A stretch of 63,794 bases of DNA, counting the filler, from an uncultured bacterium (GTDB taxonomy: Bacteria; Latescibacterota; UBA2968), in NCBI GenBank assembly GCA_964471275.1. It is 4 parts of 4 records of this genome, joined end to end, with 100 filler letters (N's around TTAATTAATTAA, not from the genome) between each part and the next. Parts side by side here need not be neighbours in the genome. Positions count along the whole stretch, not along the records: positions 16,046 to 31,988 come from CAYYGZ010000098.1; positions 32,089 to 48,021 come from CAYYGZ010000099.1; 2 more parts are not named here. The stretch is one strand, 5' to 3'. Positions within the stretch are counted from its first letter, which is position 1. Each line of letters opens with the position of its first letter. The position numbers and the translations under genes are program-made. This document shows, piece by piece, positions 27,959-37,169 of this stretch. The notes under the pieces were generated by a model. That model saw only the letters and a program-made list of their open reading frames with translations, searched no databases and was not told where the DNA came from.

Positions 27959-29920
27959 CTAGAATCCGTGCACAAAGTGTCCGCCATCCGGGAACCAGAC
28001 AGCGTCGATGAAGCTCGACAGGGCGATCCCGAACAGGTAGCCGAAGATGGTGCCGTACCAGAAGGGGATGGTTCGGTGGTAGAGACGGACACCGCCGAAG
28101 CGAAGGATTGAGCTCTTTCCGGCCCAAACTAGGAAGACCGCGAAGAGATTACGTCGTTCAGGGAAGGCGACGGCGACGGGGTGGATCGGCCACCAAGTGA
28201 AGCGGCTGCGCAGGATCGTCAGTAGCGCGGCCTCTGCCGCGCCAAACAACCAGACGCCCAGTTTCTGATGGTCGAAGAGGTAGACTTTTGTACCCTCGAT
28301 AAACGGGACGTTTCGAGCCAGGCTCGCCATATCGTTTGTGTTGAGTAGACCGTTCAGGCCACCGTCCACGTAGGATTGGTGAATTCGAGATCCGGCGGAT
28401 GTCGCGAACCCAAAGATGTATGCGAAGATCATAACGATCCAGATAGACCTGTTTCTCCACAGGCCCCGGCCTAGCATCTTGAAGATGTGCGGGAAGGCGA
28501 CCACAAAAGCCGTTCGTATCGTGGCACCCAGATACATGTTTCCCTGGAGGACCCGGAGCATCACTTGAGACGACGGCGTAAGACGGACTGTTCCTACGAT
28601 CGACGTTATGATGCCGTAGCCTTTGCCCCCCGCAGGTACGAGGAATGTAAAACCCGTGGCAGCGGCATACTTGGAGACGGCAAAATAGCAGACGAACAGG
28701 AATACAAGCTGGAGGAGGACCGCAAAGGGCGAGATACCTGTCGAGTGCATCCAGCCGCCGAGGATGAGGATAGATAGGATCCAGCCAATCCAGGCGGTTC
28801 GGTAGGGGATGGGTGCACCGTTGTCTTGATCGCGGGGTCCTGTAGCAAGTCGAACGGTTTCTCTGAGATGCCTGCGAGAGACCCAAACCGACCAGCCGAC
28901 CAGCAGAAAGAGGGCGCCGCTCGATTCGAGACTTGCGATCGCGCCGGCTTCTGCCGGCTGTCCTGCGATGCCTACCGTGAATCCAGTGCGATTGAGAATC
29001 CCGATCTTGAGCGTATTGAAGATGTTGTAGACCCATATGCTTAACAGGATGTCCGTCGGACACAGATAGGCGAGTCCCATCAGCAAGGGCTGTATTCGAA
29101 GGAACAGTGAAGGGTAGTATTTTCCGAGGACGATCTCTTTCGTGCGATACTGGTCAAAGAGTGTGATCCGGGGTAGCGATATCGCGAAGTAACCCGCGAT
29201 GTTCCACAGGATGATTCCGAACGTGATGGCGAATCCGATCCAGAAGATGCGGTTCCTGAATACAGAAGGAACACCGTCATCGTCCGTCTCGAGCACGTCG
29301 ACAGGGAAAGTCGACATCGGGAAGGCGAGTCGTTCCTGTTCGTCCCACTGCTTGAAGAAGAGTACGGTGCCGAACAATGTTGCGAACACGGTCGCGAGAC
29401 AGCCGACAAGCCACCAGAAGAATGGACGAACCCAGATGACCCACGGCATAGCCTCGCTGGGTGACAGACCCGTGTAGGCCGAATAGACGCGAGGATCATT
29501 GGCATCGAGGAACAGCCACTGCGGGAGGTGCGGCAGGACGACATCGCTCAGCCTGTTCTCCGGTGAGGCGAAGAATTGGGGAGAAGGTACGAGACTGACC
29601 GCATATGATCCCCAGCCGACGGCCGGAAGATTGCCTGCGACCCAGAGCATGGCCAGAATCGTGAGCAACTCGATTCGGCTGAGCGTAAAACGGGGAAACG
29701 TCAGTCGGATAAGTGTATTCAGTACGATCCACGCGAGAAACGGGATCAGGACTGCGACGGGTAGGTAGGTCTTAACCAGGTTCCCCGCGTAGTGATCCAT
29801 GTAGACCGTACTGATCAACATCGTCACAAGGCCGAACAGTACGGATCTCGGCGTGACGGTCGCCTGGGGCCCCGTATCCGTCAGTGTATCGGTTGTGGGG
29901 ATTGCGAGGGACTTAGCTAC
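27959..29920 (-). CDS. DUF6785/DUF6784-like polytopic membrane protein (putative transporter), copy 2
   Basis: Many TM segments, QWDEQERLAFPM, RFTWWPIHPV; the frame is open and homologous to the paralog upstream of GTG 29827, up to TGA at 29921-29923. Confidence 0.8.
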   Translation of the reverse strand, partial: VAKSLAIPTTDTLTDTGPQATVTPRSVLFGLVTMLISTVYMDHYAGNLVKTYLPVAVLIPFLAWIVLNTLIRLTFPRFTLSRIELLTILAMLWVAGNLPAVGWGSYAVSLVPSPQFFASPENRLSDVVLPHLPQWLFLDANDPRVYSAYTGLSPSEAMPWVIWVRPFFWWLVGCLATVFATLFGTVLFFKQWDEQERLAFPMSTFPVDVLETDDDGVPSVFRNRIFWIGFAITFGIILWNIAGYFAISLPRITLFDQYRTKEIVLGKYYPSLFLRIQPLLMGLAYLCPTDILLSIWVYNIFNTLKIGILNRTGFTVGIAGQPAEAGAIASLESSGALFLLVGWSVWVSRRHLRETVRLATGPRDQDNGAPIPYRTAWIGWILSILILGGWMHSTGISPFAVLLQLVFLFVCYFAVSKYAAATGFTFLVPAGGKGYGIITSIVGTVRLTPSSQVMLRVLQGNMYLGATIRTAFVVAFPHIFKMLGRGLWRNRSIWIVMIFAYIFGFATSAGSRIHQSYVDGGLNGLLNTNDMASLARNVPFIEGTKVYLFDHQKLGVWLFGAAEAALLTILRSRFTWWPIHPVAVAFPERRNLFAVFLVWAGKSSILRFGGVRLYHRTIPFWYGTIFGYLFGIALSSFIDAVWFPDGGHFVHGF

Positions 29921-29998
29921 TCAGGCGCCCCCGATGAGAGAAGGCTAGGGGTGCGGCGCAATCGATTCTGTGTATCTATTCCGATTCTCTCTGAGTTC

Positions 29999-31960
29999 TC
30001 AGAAGCCGTGTACAAAGTGTCCCTCACTTGGAAACCAGATCGCGTCCACGAAACTCGAGAGGGCGATCCCGAATAGATACCCGCATATCGCACCATACCA
30101 GAAGGGGATCGATTTCCGGTAGCCCCTGACGCCCCCGATCTTCATAGTCAATGTCTTTGCCGCCCAGACGATGAAGAGCGCGATGACGTAGCGACGTTCC
30201 GGGAACGCAACTGCCACGGGATGGATCGGCCACCAGGCGAACCGCGATCGGAGGACGGTGAGAAGAGTGGCCTCTGCGGCGCCGATCACCCAGACGGCTG
30301 TCTTCTGGTAGTCAAAGAACCAGACCTTGGCTCCTTCGATGAATGGTATGGCATTCGCCACACGCTGCATGTCGTTTGTGACCAGAAGCCCGTTCAGCCC
30401 CCCCTCGGTATACGATCGAAATATGCGGGAACCGGATGAACTGGCGAGACCGAACACGTAGGCCAGCAGGAGTGCCAGGATGATGACCTTGTGGCGTTTG
30501 AGTTGGTCGCCCAGAAGCTTGAAGATGTGGGGAACGGCTACGGGAAAAGACGTCCGAAGCGTGTTGCCAAAGAAGACGTTGTCCTGGAGGAGGACGGAAA
30601 CGATTTGCGATGAAGGCGTGAGTGACGCGGTGCCGAAGAGCTGTCGGAAAATGCCGAATCCCTTACTGCCGGCCGGTCGAATGAAGGTGAAGCCGGTGGC
30701 CGCGGCGTATTTCGAGATGCCGAAATAGCAGGCAAACAGAAAGGCCAGTGTGAGCCCAACCGAGAGGAGAGACATGCCGGCGGAGTAGAGCCAACCCCCA
30801 AGTGTGCAGATCGAGATCAGCCAACCCAGCCAGGCGGTGCGATAGCTCACAGGGGCACCGGTGTCTTCTTCCCGTGGTCCGAATGCCAGGGAAAGGCTTA
30901 TTCGTAGATGGCCCCGAGAAACCCATATGGACCAGATGACCAGCATGCAGAGGGCACCGTGTGACTCGAGCGATGCGATCGTGCCTGCCTCGGCGGGCTG
31001 GCCCTCGATGCCGATGGTGAATCCGGTTCGGTTCAGAATGCCGATCTTGAACGTATTCAACACGTTGTATGACCAGATGCTGAATAGGAGGTCTGTCGGG
31101 CAGAGATACGCGAGCCCCATCAGGAGCGGCTGGATCTTCATGTAGAAGGGCGGGTAGTATTTTCCTACTGTAAGGACCTTCGTGTTCGATGCATCAAACA
31201 TCGTGATGCGTGGGAGTGCGATCGCGAAGTAGCCAGCGATATTCCAGATTATGATCCCACCCGTGATGGCGAACCCGATCCAGAAGAGCCGCTCCTTGAA
31301 GACCGTGGGAATGCCGTCTTCTTCCGTCTCGAGCATGTCGAGTGGGAACTTTGCCATCGGGAACGCCAGCCGTTCCGTCTCGTCCCATTGTCTGAGGAAG
31401 AGCACGGATCCGAAGAGCGTGGCAGTGACGCCGGCGATTCCAGGCAGAACCCACCAGAAGACTGGTCGGATCCAGATGCTCCAGGGAATGGACTCACCCG
31501 GGGGCAATCCGGTGTAGGCCTGCATAACACGGGGATCGTCAATACTCAGAAACAACCAATTGGGAAGAAGCGGGAGAACGACATCGGCCATCCGGTTCTC
31601 CGGTGCGGCAAAGAACTCGGGGGAAGGGATCATGCTTACGGCATAGAGACCCCAGCCGACGGTGGGCAGGCTGCCTGCGATCCAGAGCATGCCCAGTATT
31701 GTGATGAGCTCGGTTCGGGAAAGTGTGAACTTTGGTAGCGTGATCCTGATTAGCGTGTTGAGGACGATCCAGGCGACGAACGGAATCAGGACGGCCACCG
31801 GAAAGTAGGTTTTGACAAGATTGCCCGCGTGCTGATCCATGTAGATTGTGGCGACAAAAATCGTCAGCAATCCAAGTACAATGGATCTCAGCGTGATCCT
31901 GTCGAAACGGCCTGGGGTCGATTGTGGTTCTGCTTGCAGCTCTTGTGTTGAGATAGCCAA
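29999..31960 (-). CDS. DUF6785/DUF6784-like polytopic membrane protein (putative transporter), copy 1
   Basis: QWDETERLAFPM, RFAWWPIHPV; same C-terminus GHFVHGF as copy 2. Confidence 0.8.
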   Translation of the reverse strand: MAISTQELQAEPQSTPGRFDRITLRSIVLGLLTIFVATIYMDQHAGNLVKTYFPVAVLIPFVAWIVLNTLIRITLPKFTLSRTELITILGMLWIAGSLPTVGWGLYAVSMIPSPEFFAAPENRMADVVLPLLPNWLFLSIDDPRVMQAYTGLPPGESIPWSIWIRPVFWWVLPGIAGVTATLFGSVLFLRQWDETERLAFPMAKFPLDMLETEEDGIPTVFKERLFWIGFAITGGIIIWNIAGYFAIALPRITMFDASNTKVLTVGKYYPPFYMKIQPLLMGLAYLCPTDLLFSIWSYNVLNTFKIGILNRTGFTIGIEGQPAEAGTIASLESHGALCMLVIWSIWVSRGHLRISLSLAFGPREEDTGAPVSYRTAWLGWLISICTLGGWLYSAGMSLLSVGLTLAFLFACYFGISKYAAATGFTFIRPAGSKGFGIFRQLFGTASLTPSSQIVSVLLQDNVFFGNTLRTSFPVAVPHIFKLLGDQLKRHKVIILALLLAYVFGLASSSGSRIFRSYTEGGLNGLLVTNDMQRVANAIPFIEGAKVWFFDYQKTAVWVIGAAEATLLTVLRSRFAWWPIHPVAVAFPERRYVIALFIVWAAKTLTMKIGGVRGYRKSIPFWYGAICGYLFGIALSSFVDAIWFPSEGHFVHGF

Positions 31961-31988
31961 TCTGTCACCGTCTTCAGCGGGTTGTGGG

Positions 31989-32088
31989 NNNNNNNNNNNN
32001 NNNNNNNNNNNNNNNNNNNNNNNNNNNNNNNNTTAATTAATTAANNNNNNNNNNNNNNNNNNNNNNNNNNNNNNNNNNNNNNNNNNNN
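31989..32088. other. Artificial contig-joining spacer
   Basis: N44-TTAATTAATTAA-N44. Confidence 0.98.
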
Positions 32089-32278
32089 TCCGCGTGTGGG
32101 GCCTACACTGGTGGAGTCCCGTTCCATCGGCGTTCCCCGAAATGGGGTCCCCTATTTCAAGTGGAAACGGGTAGTGTGGGACCTCCCTGCTTAGTTCCCT
32201 ACGACTGCTAGCTACTTTCTGGTTACGTTGTCGCACGACGGCCAGACAGTTGGATTAATACACCTCGTTAGCAAACAC

Positions 32279-32331
32279 GAAAAACGGGCAGAGCGACTTC
32301 GACGAGAACCGCCCTAAGTCATTCTGCCCGT
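32279..32331 (-). terminator. Rho-independent terminator downstream of tRNA-Val
   Basis: Minus strand ACGGGCAGAATGACTT...AAGTCGCTCTGCCCGT followed by TTTTT. Confidence 0.65.
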
Positions 32332-32342
32332 ATCTTTTAATA

Positions 32343-32419
32343 TGGTGGGCGATACCGGATTCGAACCAGTGACATCCTGCTTGTAAGGCAGGCACTCTAA
32401 CCAGCTGAGTTAATCGCCC
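32343..32419 (-). tRNA. tRNA-Val(TAC)
   Basis: GGGCGATTAACTCAGCTGGTTAGAGTGCCTGCCTTACAAGCAGGATGTCACTGGTTCGAATCCGGTATCGCCCACCA; cloverleaf with encoded CCA. Confidence 0.97.
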
Positions 32420-32468
32420 AAGAATGCAGGGAGTAGGGAGAGATAGGGCCCCACCTCCCTCAGCTTTC

Positions 32469-32780
32469 CTATGCTGCGCCAGTCTCCTGATCAGGAGAAC
32501 TTGCGCCACTTGCATCTAATTCCTTCTGTGACTTCATCAACAGCGCCGCAGGAATCAGGAAGACGTAACCAATGACCAGGAGGATCGGTGCCAGGGTCAG
32601 TGAGAGAAAACCATCCACGGGTGGCTGCGCCATGCAGATGTAACCAATCACGATAACTGCAATGGCAGCCAGAAAAATCATCCCGTTCCGCTTGTCATAT
32701 GGCAAGCCGAACTGAACCTGCGATGGCTCGTTGCGTCCTGCTCGAGCACGCTGCCGATCTCGTCGTCTCTGATTCGCCAA
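32469..32780 (-). CDS. Small two-TM membrane protein (DUF3098-like)
   Basis: VIGYICM...SLTLAPILLVIGY pattern. Confidence 0.7.
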   Translation of the reverse strand: MANQRRRDRQRARAGRNEPSQVQFGLPYDKRNGMIFLAAIAVIVIGYICMAQPPVDGFLSLTLAPILLVIGYVFLIPAALLMKSQKELDASGASSPDQETGAA

Positions 32781-32872
32781 TGATCGCTATCCCCAACTGG
32801 TGGTGGTGGGTTGGGTCTCCCGCTCCCCCATACGCCCGATCTTCTGCTCGGGGACGGGGGTCGGGTGGCTGT

Positions 32873-33217
32873 TTATCGCTGTTCCGAAATCCGAGCTGCA
32901 CGTCCACGCAAGCCACGTAGATAATTGATGTTCGCGCGACGTACCTTACCGCGTCTCGAACACTCGATCTTCGCAATTCGCGGGGAATTCAGCGGATAGA
33001 TACGCTCGACCCCGATGCCGCCCGCTGAAATTTTTCGGACGGTAAAGGTGGCGCTCATCCCATTGCCCTTTTTCTGCATGCAAACACCTTCGAAGACCTG
33101 GATACGCTCCTTCTCTCCCTCGATCACGCGCTGGTGCACGCGAACCGTATCACCGGCGCTGAAATCGGGCAGCTCTTTCCGCTGATCCGCTGTAATGCTG
33201 TCTATAAGTGAAGCCAT
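32873..33217 (-). CDS. rplS: 50S ribosomal protein L19
   Basis: [33 protein letters not shown]. Confidence 0.98.
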   Translation of the reverse strand: MASLIDSITADQRKELPDFSAGDTVRVHQRVIEGEKERIQVFEGVCMQKKGNGMSATFTVRKISAGGIGVERIYPLNSPRIAKIECSRRGKVRRANINYLRGLRGRAARISEQR

Positions 33218-33271
33218 CGTATCTCTCCCGTGGGGAATATGGGCCGCATCCTCGCAACCGATTGCCATTCG

Positions 33272-33946
33272 TTATTCTTCGAGTAAATCGGATCGACGTT
33301 CCCGTGTTCGCCTGAGCGCCTGATCTTCCCGCCATTCGGTGATCTTTGCGTGATCACCGTTCAGCAACACATCCGGGACTTGCATCCCGTCGAATTCTCT
33401 CGGCCGCGTATACCACGGCGCATCCAGCAATCCGTTCTGAAACGAATCATCGAGAGCCGATTCCGCATCCCCGATCGCGCCGGGAATCAGCCGAATCACC
33501 GCATCCATCATCACAAGTGCGGGCAGTTCACCGCCGCTGAGGACGTAGTCTCCGATCGACAACTCGTGCGTAACATACTTCTCGCGGATCCGTTCATCGA
33601 TCCCGCGATAGTGACCGCAGATCAGAATGATGCGATCCTGGAGGGAGAACGCGTTGGCCGTTTCCTGGTCGAGTCGGCGGCCTTCAGCAGTCAAATAGAT
33701 GACCGGCGCCTCGCTGTCTCCCCGAACATCCTCGATCGCCCTCGCCAGCGGCTCGGGCTTAAAGATCATTCCCGCACCCCCACCAAAGGGTGCGTCGTCT
33801 ACCGTCTGGTGCTTGTCCTCGGTATAGCCTCGAAGATCGTGCGCCATCACCTCCGCCAGTCCGGCCTTGATCGCGCGCCCCGGGATGCTCTGCGAAATCG
33901 CGTGCATCACCAGATCCGGAAAAATGGTTATCACATCAAAGCGCAT
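33272..33946 (-). CDS. trmD: tRNA (m1G37) methyltransferase
   Basis: VDDAPFGGGAGM, SIGDYVLSGGELPA, YTRP. Confidence 0.98.
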   Translation of the reverse strand: MRFDVITIFPDLVMHAISQSIPGRAIKAGLAEVMAHDLRGYTEDKHQTVDDAPFGGGAGMIFKPEPLARAIEDVRGDSEAPVIYLTAEGRRLDQETANAFSLQDRIILICGHYRGIDERIREKYVTHELSIGDYVLSGGELPALVMMDAVIRLIPGAIGDAESALDDSFQNGLLDAPWYTRPREFDGMQVPDVLLNGDHAKITEWREDQALRRTRERRSDLLEE

Positions 33947-33978
33947 AGGACGGCCGACAAGAGGGTCCAGACCTGGAA

Positions 33979-34005
33979 GAGATCCTTCGCGGCGCTCAGG
34001 ATGAC
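33979..34005 (-). repeat. GTCATCCTGA-N-CGAAGGATCTC REP-like element
   Basis: Reverse complement GTCATCCTGAGCGCCGCGAAGGATCTC; second copy at 44352-44377. Confidence 0.7.
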
Positions 34006-34008
34006 GTG

Positions 34009-34548
34009 CTACACCAATCCTTCCATAGACTGCACCACGATCTTCCGTGTCTTCCCGTCGATCGTCACCAGTTCCTTGACCGCCGGGATCATCACTTCCT
34101 CGCCGTCGCGATCGACGACGTAGACATCGTTTCCTGGAAGCGTCAGAACGTCTTTCACCGGGCCAACCGTCCTGCCGTCTTCCGTTTCGACCTGCATCCC
34201 GATAATGTCAAAGACATAGAAGGTGTCTTCCGGCAGATCGAATGTCTCTTCCTTCGGAACGACGAGCACCGAACTCCTGTAGACTGCCGCAGCTTCCGGC
34301 GTGTTGAGTCCACGGAACTTGATCCCGAGACGCTTCCCATACATCCGGGCATTCTCGATCGCCAGAGCTTCGCGACGGCCGCCCGGCAGGATCGCCGTTA
34401 CGGAATCCAGTTCACCGAACCGTTCGACAAAATCGGTCAGTGGACGGCAGAAGATCTCACCCCGGATACCGCGCGGTTTCTGGAGCTTCCCGATCACGAC
34501 GTCCTGAGATGCTTCTGAATCAGGACTCAGACGATTCGGCTGCGTCAT
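34009..34548 (-). CDS. rimM: 16S rRNA processing protein RimM
   Basis: IGKLQKPRGIRGE, FYVFDIIGM, NDVYVV, MIPAV; operon position. Confidence 0.96.
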   Translation of the reverse strand: MTQPNRLSPDSEASQDVVIGKLQKPRGIRGEIFCRPLTDFVERFGELDSVTAILPGGRREALAIENARMYGKRLGIKFRGLNTPEAAAVYRSSVLVVPKEETFDLPEDTFYVFDIIGMQVETEDGRTVGPVKDVLTLPGNDVYVVDRDGEEVMIPAVKELVTIDGKTRKIVVQSMEGLV

Positions 34549-34828
34549 CGCCGGACGAAGCCTTCCCGGTCTTGTCCTCGTGGATCTGCTTCAGGATTCC
34601 CTGCTTGCGAATCAGGCTCCTGACCGTGTCAGTCGGCTGTGCGCCAACCGAAAGCCAGTGCTTGACGCGATCTTCCTTCAGCTCCACGATCTGCGGATTC
34701 TTCGTCGGATTGTAGTAGCCGAGATTCTCGATGAATCTGCTGTTCTGGGCCTGCTTTGAGTTCATCACGACAACGCGATAGAACGGCGCGTGACGTGACC
34801 CAAGGCGCTGCAAACGAATTCGAACCAA
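34520..34828 (-). CDS. rpsP: 30S ribosomal protein S16
   Basis: MVRIRLQRLG...PFYRVVV...GYYNP...GAQPTDTV; TTG start after GGAGG. Confidence 0.98.
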   Translation of the reverse strand: MVRIRLQRLGSRHAPFYRVVVMNSKQAQNSRFIENLGYYNPTKNPQIVELKEDRVKHWLSVGAQPTDTVRSLIRKQGILKQIHEDKTGKASSGDDAAESSES

Positions 34829-34856
34829 ACTTTCCTCCAATCAACGTGGGGATTCT

Positions 34857-34882
34857 CTGAGGTCCACGTACGTGGACCTCAG
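34857..34882. repeat. Perfect 26-bp palindrome between ffh and rpsP
   Basis: CTGAGGTCCACGTACGTGGACCTCAG. Confidence 0.85.
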
Positions 34883-34927
34883 GTCCTGACCTGCATGGGT
34901 CTCTCCGGGCGGTCTTCTGGTTTTGAC

Positions 34928-36256
34928 TCACCCCATAAAAGGTATTGGCATCCCACCGCCCTTCTTGCCGGGTCGTGACATACGTTTCATCATCTTCTGC
35001 ATCACCGAAAACTGCTTGATCAGCTTGTTCACATCCTGGACCGATGTCCCGCTGCCCTTCGCGACGCGTCGACGTCGACTGCCGTTCAGGATCTGGGGAC
35101 GATTCCGCTCGTCTCGCGTCATCGACTTGATGATCGCCTCGATGTGGACGAACGCGTCGTCATCGACCTGGACGCCCTTGAGCGCCTTACCGGCCCCCGG
35201 GATCATATCGAGCAATTGATCCAACGGCCCCATCGCCCTGACCTGCTCCATCTGCTGAAGAAAATCGTCGAACGTAAACGACGCCGTCCGCATCTTCTTC
35301 TGCATCTCGCGCGCCTGGTCCTCATCGACCGTACCCTGTGCGCGTTCGACAAGCGTGACGATGTCACCCATCCCGAGAATCCGGGATGCCATCCGGTCCG
35401 GATGAAAGGGCTCCAGACCGTCCGGGCTCTCGCTGACACCGACGAACTTGATCGGGACACCGGTGACCTCCCGGATCGAAAGGGCCGCGCCACCGCGTGT
35501 ATCGCTGTCGAGCCGTGTCAGTACTACACCCGTAAACGCCAGACGTTCGTGGAACGCGCTCGCGGCGGTTACGGCATCCTGTCCTGTCGCACCATCGGCG
35601 ACAAACAGGATTTCATCCGGATTCGAGACTTCCTTGATCCGATCGACCTCATCCATCCGCTCGTCGTCGACGTGCAGTCGGCCGGCGGTATCGATGATCA
35701 CCGTATCGAGGTTCAACTCTGCCGCCAGACCCAGACCTCGCCGCGTAATCTCAGCGGGATCCGTACCATCGGGCGCCCGAAATACGGGCACATCGATGGT
35801 TTCGCCCAGCACCTCCAACTGATCGATCGCCGCGGGACGGTAGACGTCTGCCGCCACCAGAATCGGTGATCGCCCACTGTCCTTCAGCTGAAGCGCCAGC
35901 TTACCGGCGGTTGTCGTCTTGCCCGCGCCCTGTAGACCGACCATCATCACCACTAGCGTCGGCTTCGTGCTCGTCTCAAGCGGGACGTGCTCGCCACCGA
36001 GCAGCTGAATCAGCTCCTCGTGGACAACCTTGATCACCTGCTGACCGGGTGTGATGCTCTTCAGAACATCCTGACCGATCGCGCGTTCTTTGACACGACC
36101 GACAAACGACCGGGCAACCTTGTAATTGACGTCGGCCTCGAGCAGCACGCGTCTGACTTCACGCAACGCCTCCTCGATATTGACTTCCGTCAGCTTGCCC
36201 TGTCCCCGAAGTTTCTTGAAAACCCCTTCGAGTTTTTCGGTCAGTTGGTCGAACAC
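34928..36256 (-). CDS. ffh: Signal recognition particle protein Ffh
   Basis: GLQGAGKTT, DTAGRL, GGAALS, RILGMGD, M domain. Confidence 0.99.
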   Translation of the reverse strand: MFDQLTEKLEGVFKKLRGQGKLTEVNIEEALREVRRVLLEADVNYKVARSFVGRVKERAIGQDVLKSITPGQQVIKVVHEELIQLLGGEHVPLETSTKPTLVVMMVGLQGAGKTTTAGKLALQLKDSGRSPILVAADVYRPAAIDQLEVLGETIDVPVFRAPDGTDPAEITRRGLGLAAELNLDTVIIDTAGRLHVDDERMDEVDRIKEVSNPDEILFVADGATGQDAVTAASAFHERLAFTGVVLTRLDSDTRGGAALSIREVTGVPIKFVGVSESPDGLEPFHPDRMASRILGMGDIVTLVERAQGTVDEDQAREMQKKMRTASFTFDDFLQQMEQVRAMGPLDQLLDMIPGAGKALKGVQVDDDAFVHIEAIIKSMTRDERNRPQILNGSRRRRVAKGSGTSVQDVNKLIKQFSVMQKMMKRMSRPGKKGGGMPIPFMG

Positions 36257-36296
36257 GCGGGATCCCCTTCCGATTCAGGCGCAGTACAGACCGCAT

Positions 36297-36325
36297 AAGA
36301 TATAAGAAAGGGTAATCGGGATCAA
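36297..36325 (-). promoter_or_regulatory. Putative sigma70 promoter of the ffh-rpsP-rimM-trmD-rplS operon
   Basis: TTGATC-17nt-TATCTT on the minus strand. Confidence 0.55.
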
Positions 36326-36391
36326 GAATTAATCAGAGGAAAGGTATTGCCAGAGAACGCGCTATCTACTGATTTTACAACAATTAATCTC

Positions 36392-37057
36392 CTACAGAGC
36401 AGACAAGCCAGCCTCTCGGATGGCCTTGACGTTCCCCACGATATTCCCATCCTTGAAGGTAGAAGAGCCGGCAACGAGGACCCGGACACCCGCAGCCACG
36501 GCATCCGCCGCGTTCTGGGGACCAATCCCGCCGTCGATCTCGATCTCGGTTTTGGACCCGATTCGGGCGATCTCGATTTGCAGTTCGGTCGCTTTGGGCA
36601 GCATGTCAGCCATGAAGGACTGTCCACCAAAACCTGGCTCGACGCTCATCACCAAAGCCAGATCCAGATCCTTCAGGTAGGGAAACAGCGTGTCCGCGCC
36701 GGTAGCCGGCTTGATCGTCAGCCCGGTCTTCATTCCCGCGTCGCGGACCTGGTCGATCAACGCGCTCAGGTCCCCTTCGACCTCCTGGTGGAAGTTAAAG
36801 AGATCCGCTCCGCTGTCCGCAAACGACTGGATATAGGCGCCGGGGTCCGTGATCATCAGATGCACGTCCAGAAACAGATCGGTATGCTTCCGAATCGCGT
36901 CGACAACGATCGCGCCGAACGAAATGTTTGGGACAAAGTGACCATCCATCACGTCGAGATGGATATACTCGACACCGGCGTCTTCAACCGCCCGGATATC
37001 CCGTTCGAGATTGCTGAGATCTGCAGCAAGGAAGGAAGGTGCGATCTTGATCGACAT
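36392..37057 (-). CDS. rpe: Ribulose-phosphate 3-epimerase
   Basis: IAPSFLAAD, HLDVMDGHFVPN, DVHLMI, MSVEPGFGGQ, DGGI. Confidence 0.98.
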   Translation of the reverse strand: MSIKIAPSFLAADLSNLERDIRAVEDAGVEYIHLDVMDGHFVPNISFGAIVVDAIRKHTDLFLDVHLMITDPGAYIQSFADSGADLFNFHQEVEGDLSALIDQVRDAGMKTGLTIKPATGADTLFPYLKDLDLALVMSVEPGFGGQSFMADMLPKATELQIEIARIGSKTEIEIDGGIGPQNAADAVAAGVRVLVAGSSTFKDGNIVGNVKAIREAGLSAL

Positions 37058-37169
37058 AGGTCTCTCGGTCAGAGGTTTCGACAGCCTGTTCGTGATTGGC
37101 AGGGGCTCCATCTGCCAGGGATTCGAGAAAGCGAGCAAGCCCTATGGCAGGATTCGATGATGTAACAGG

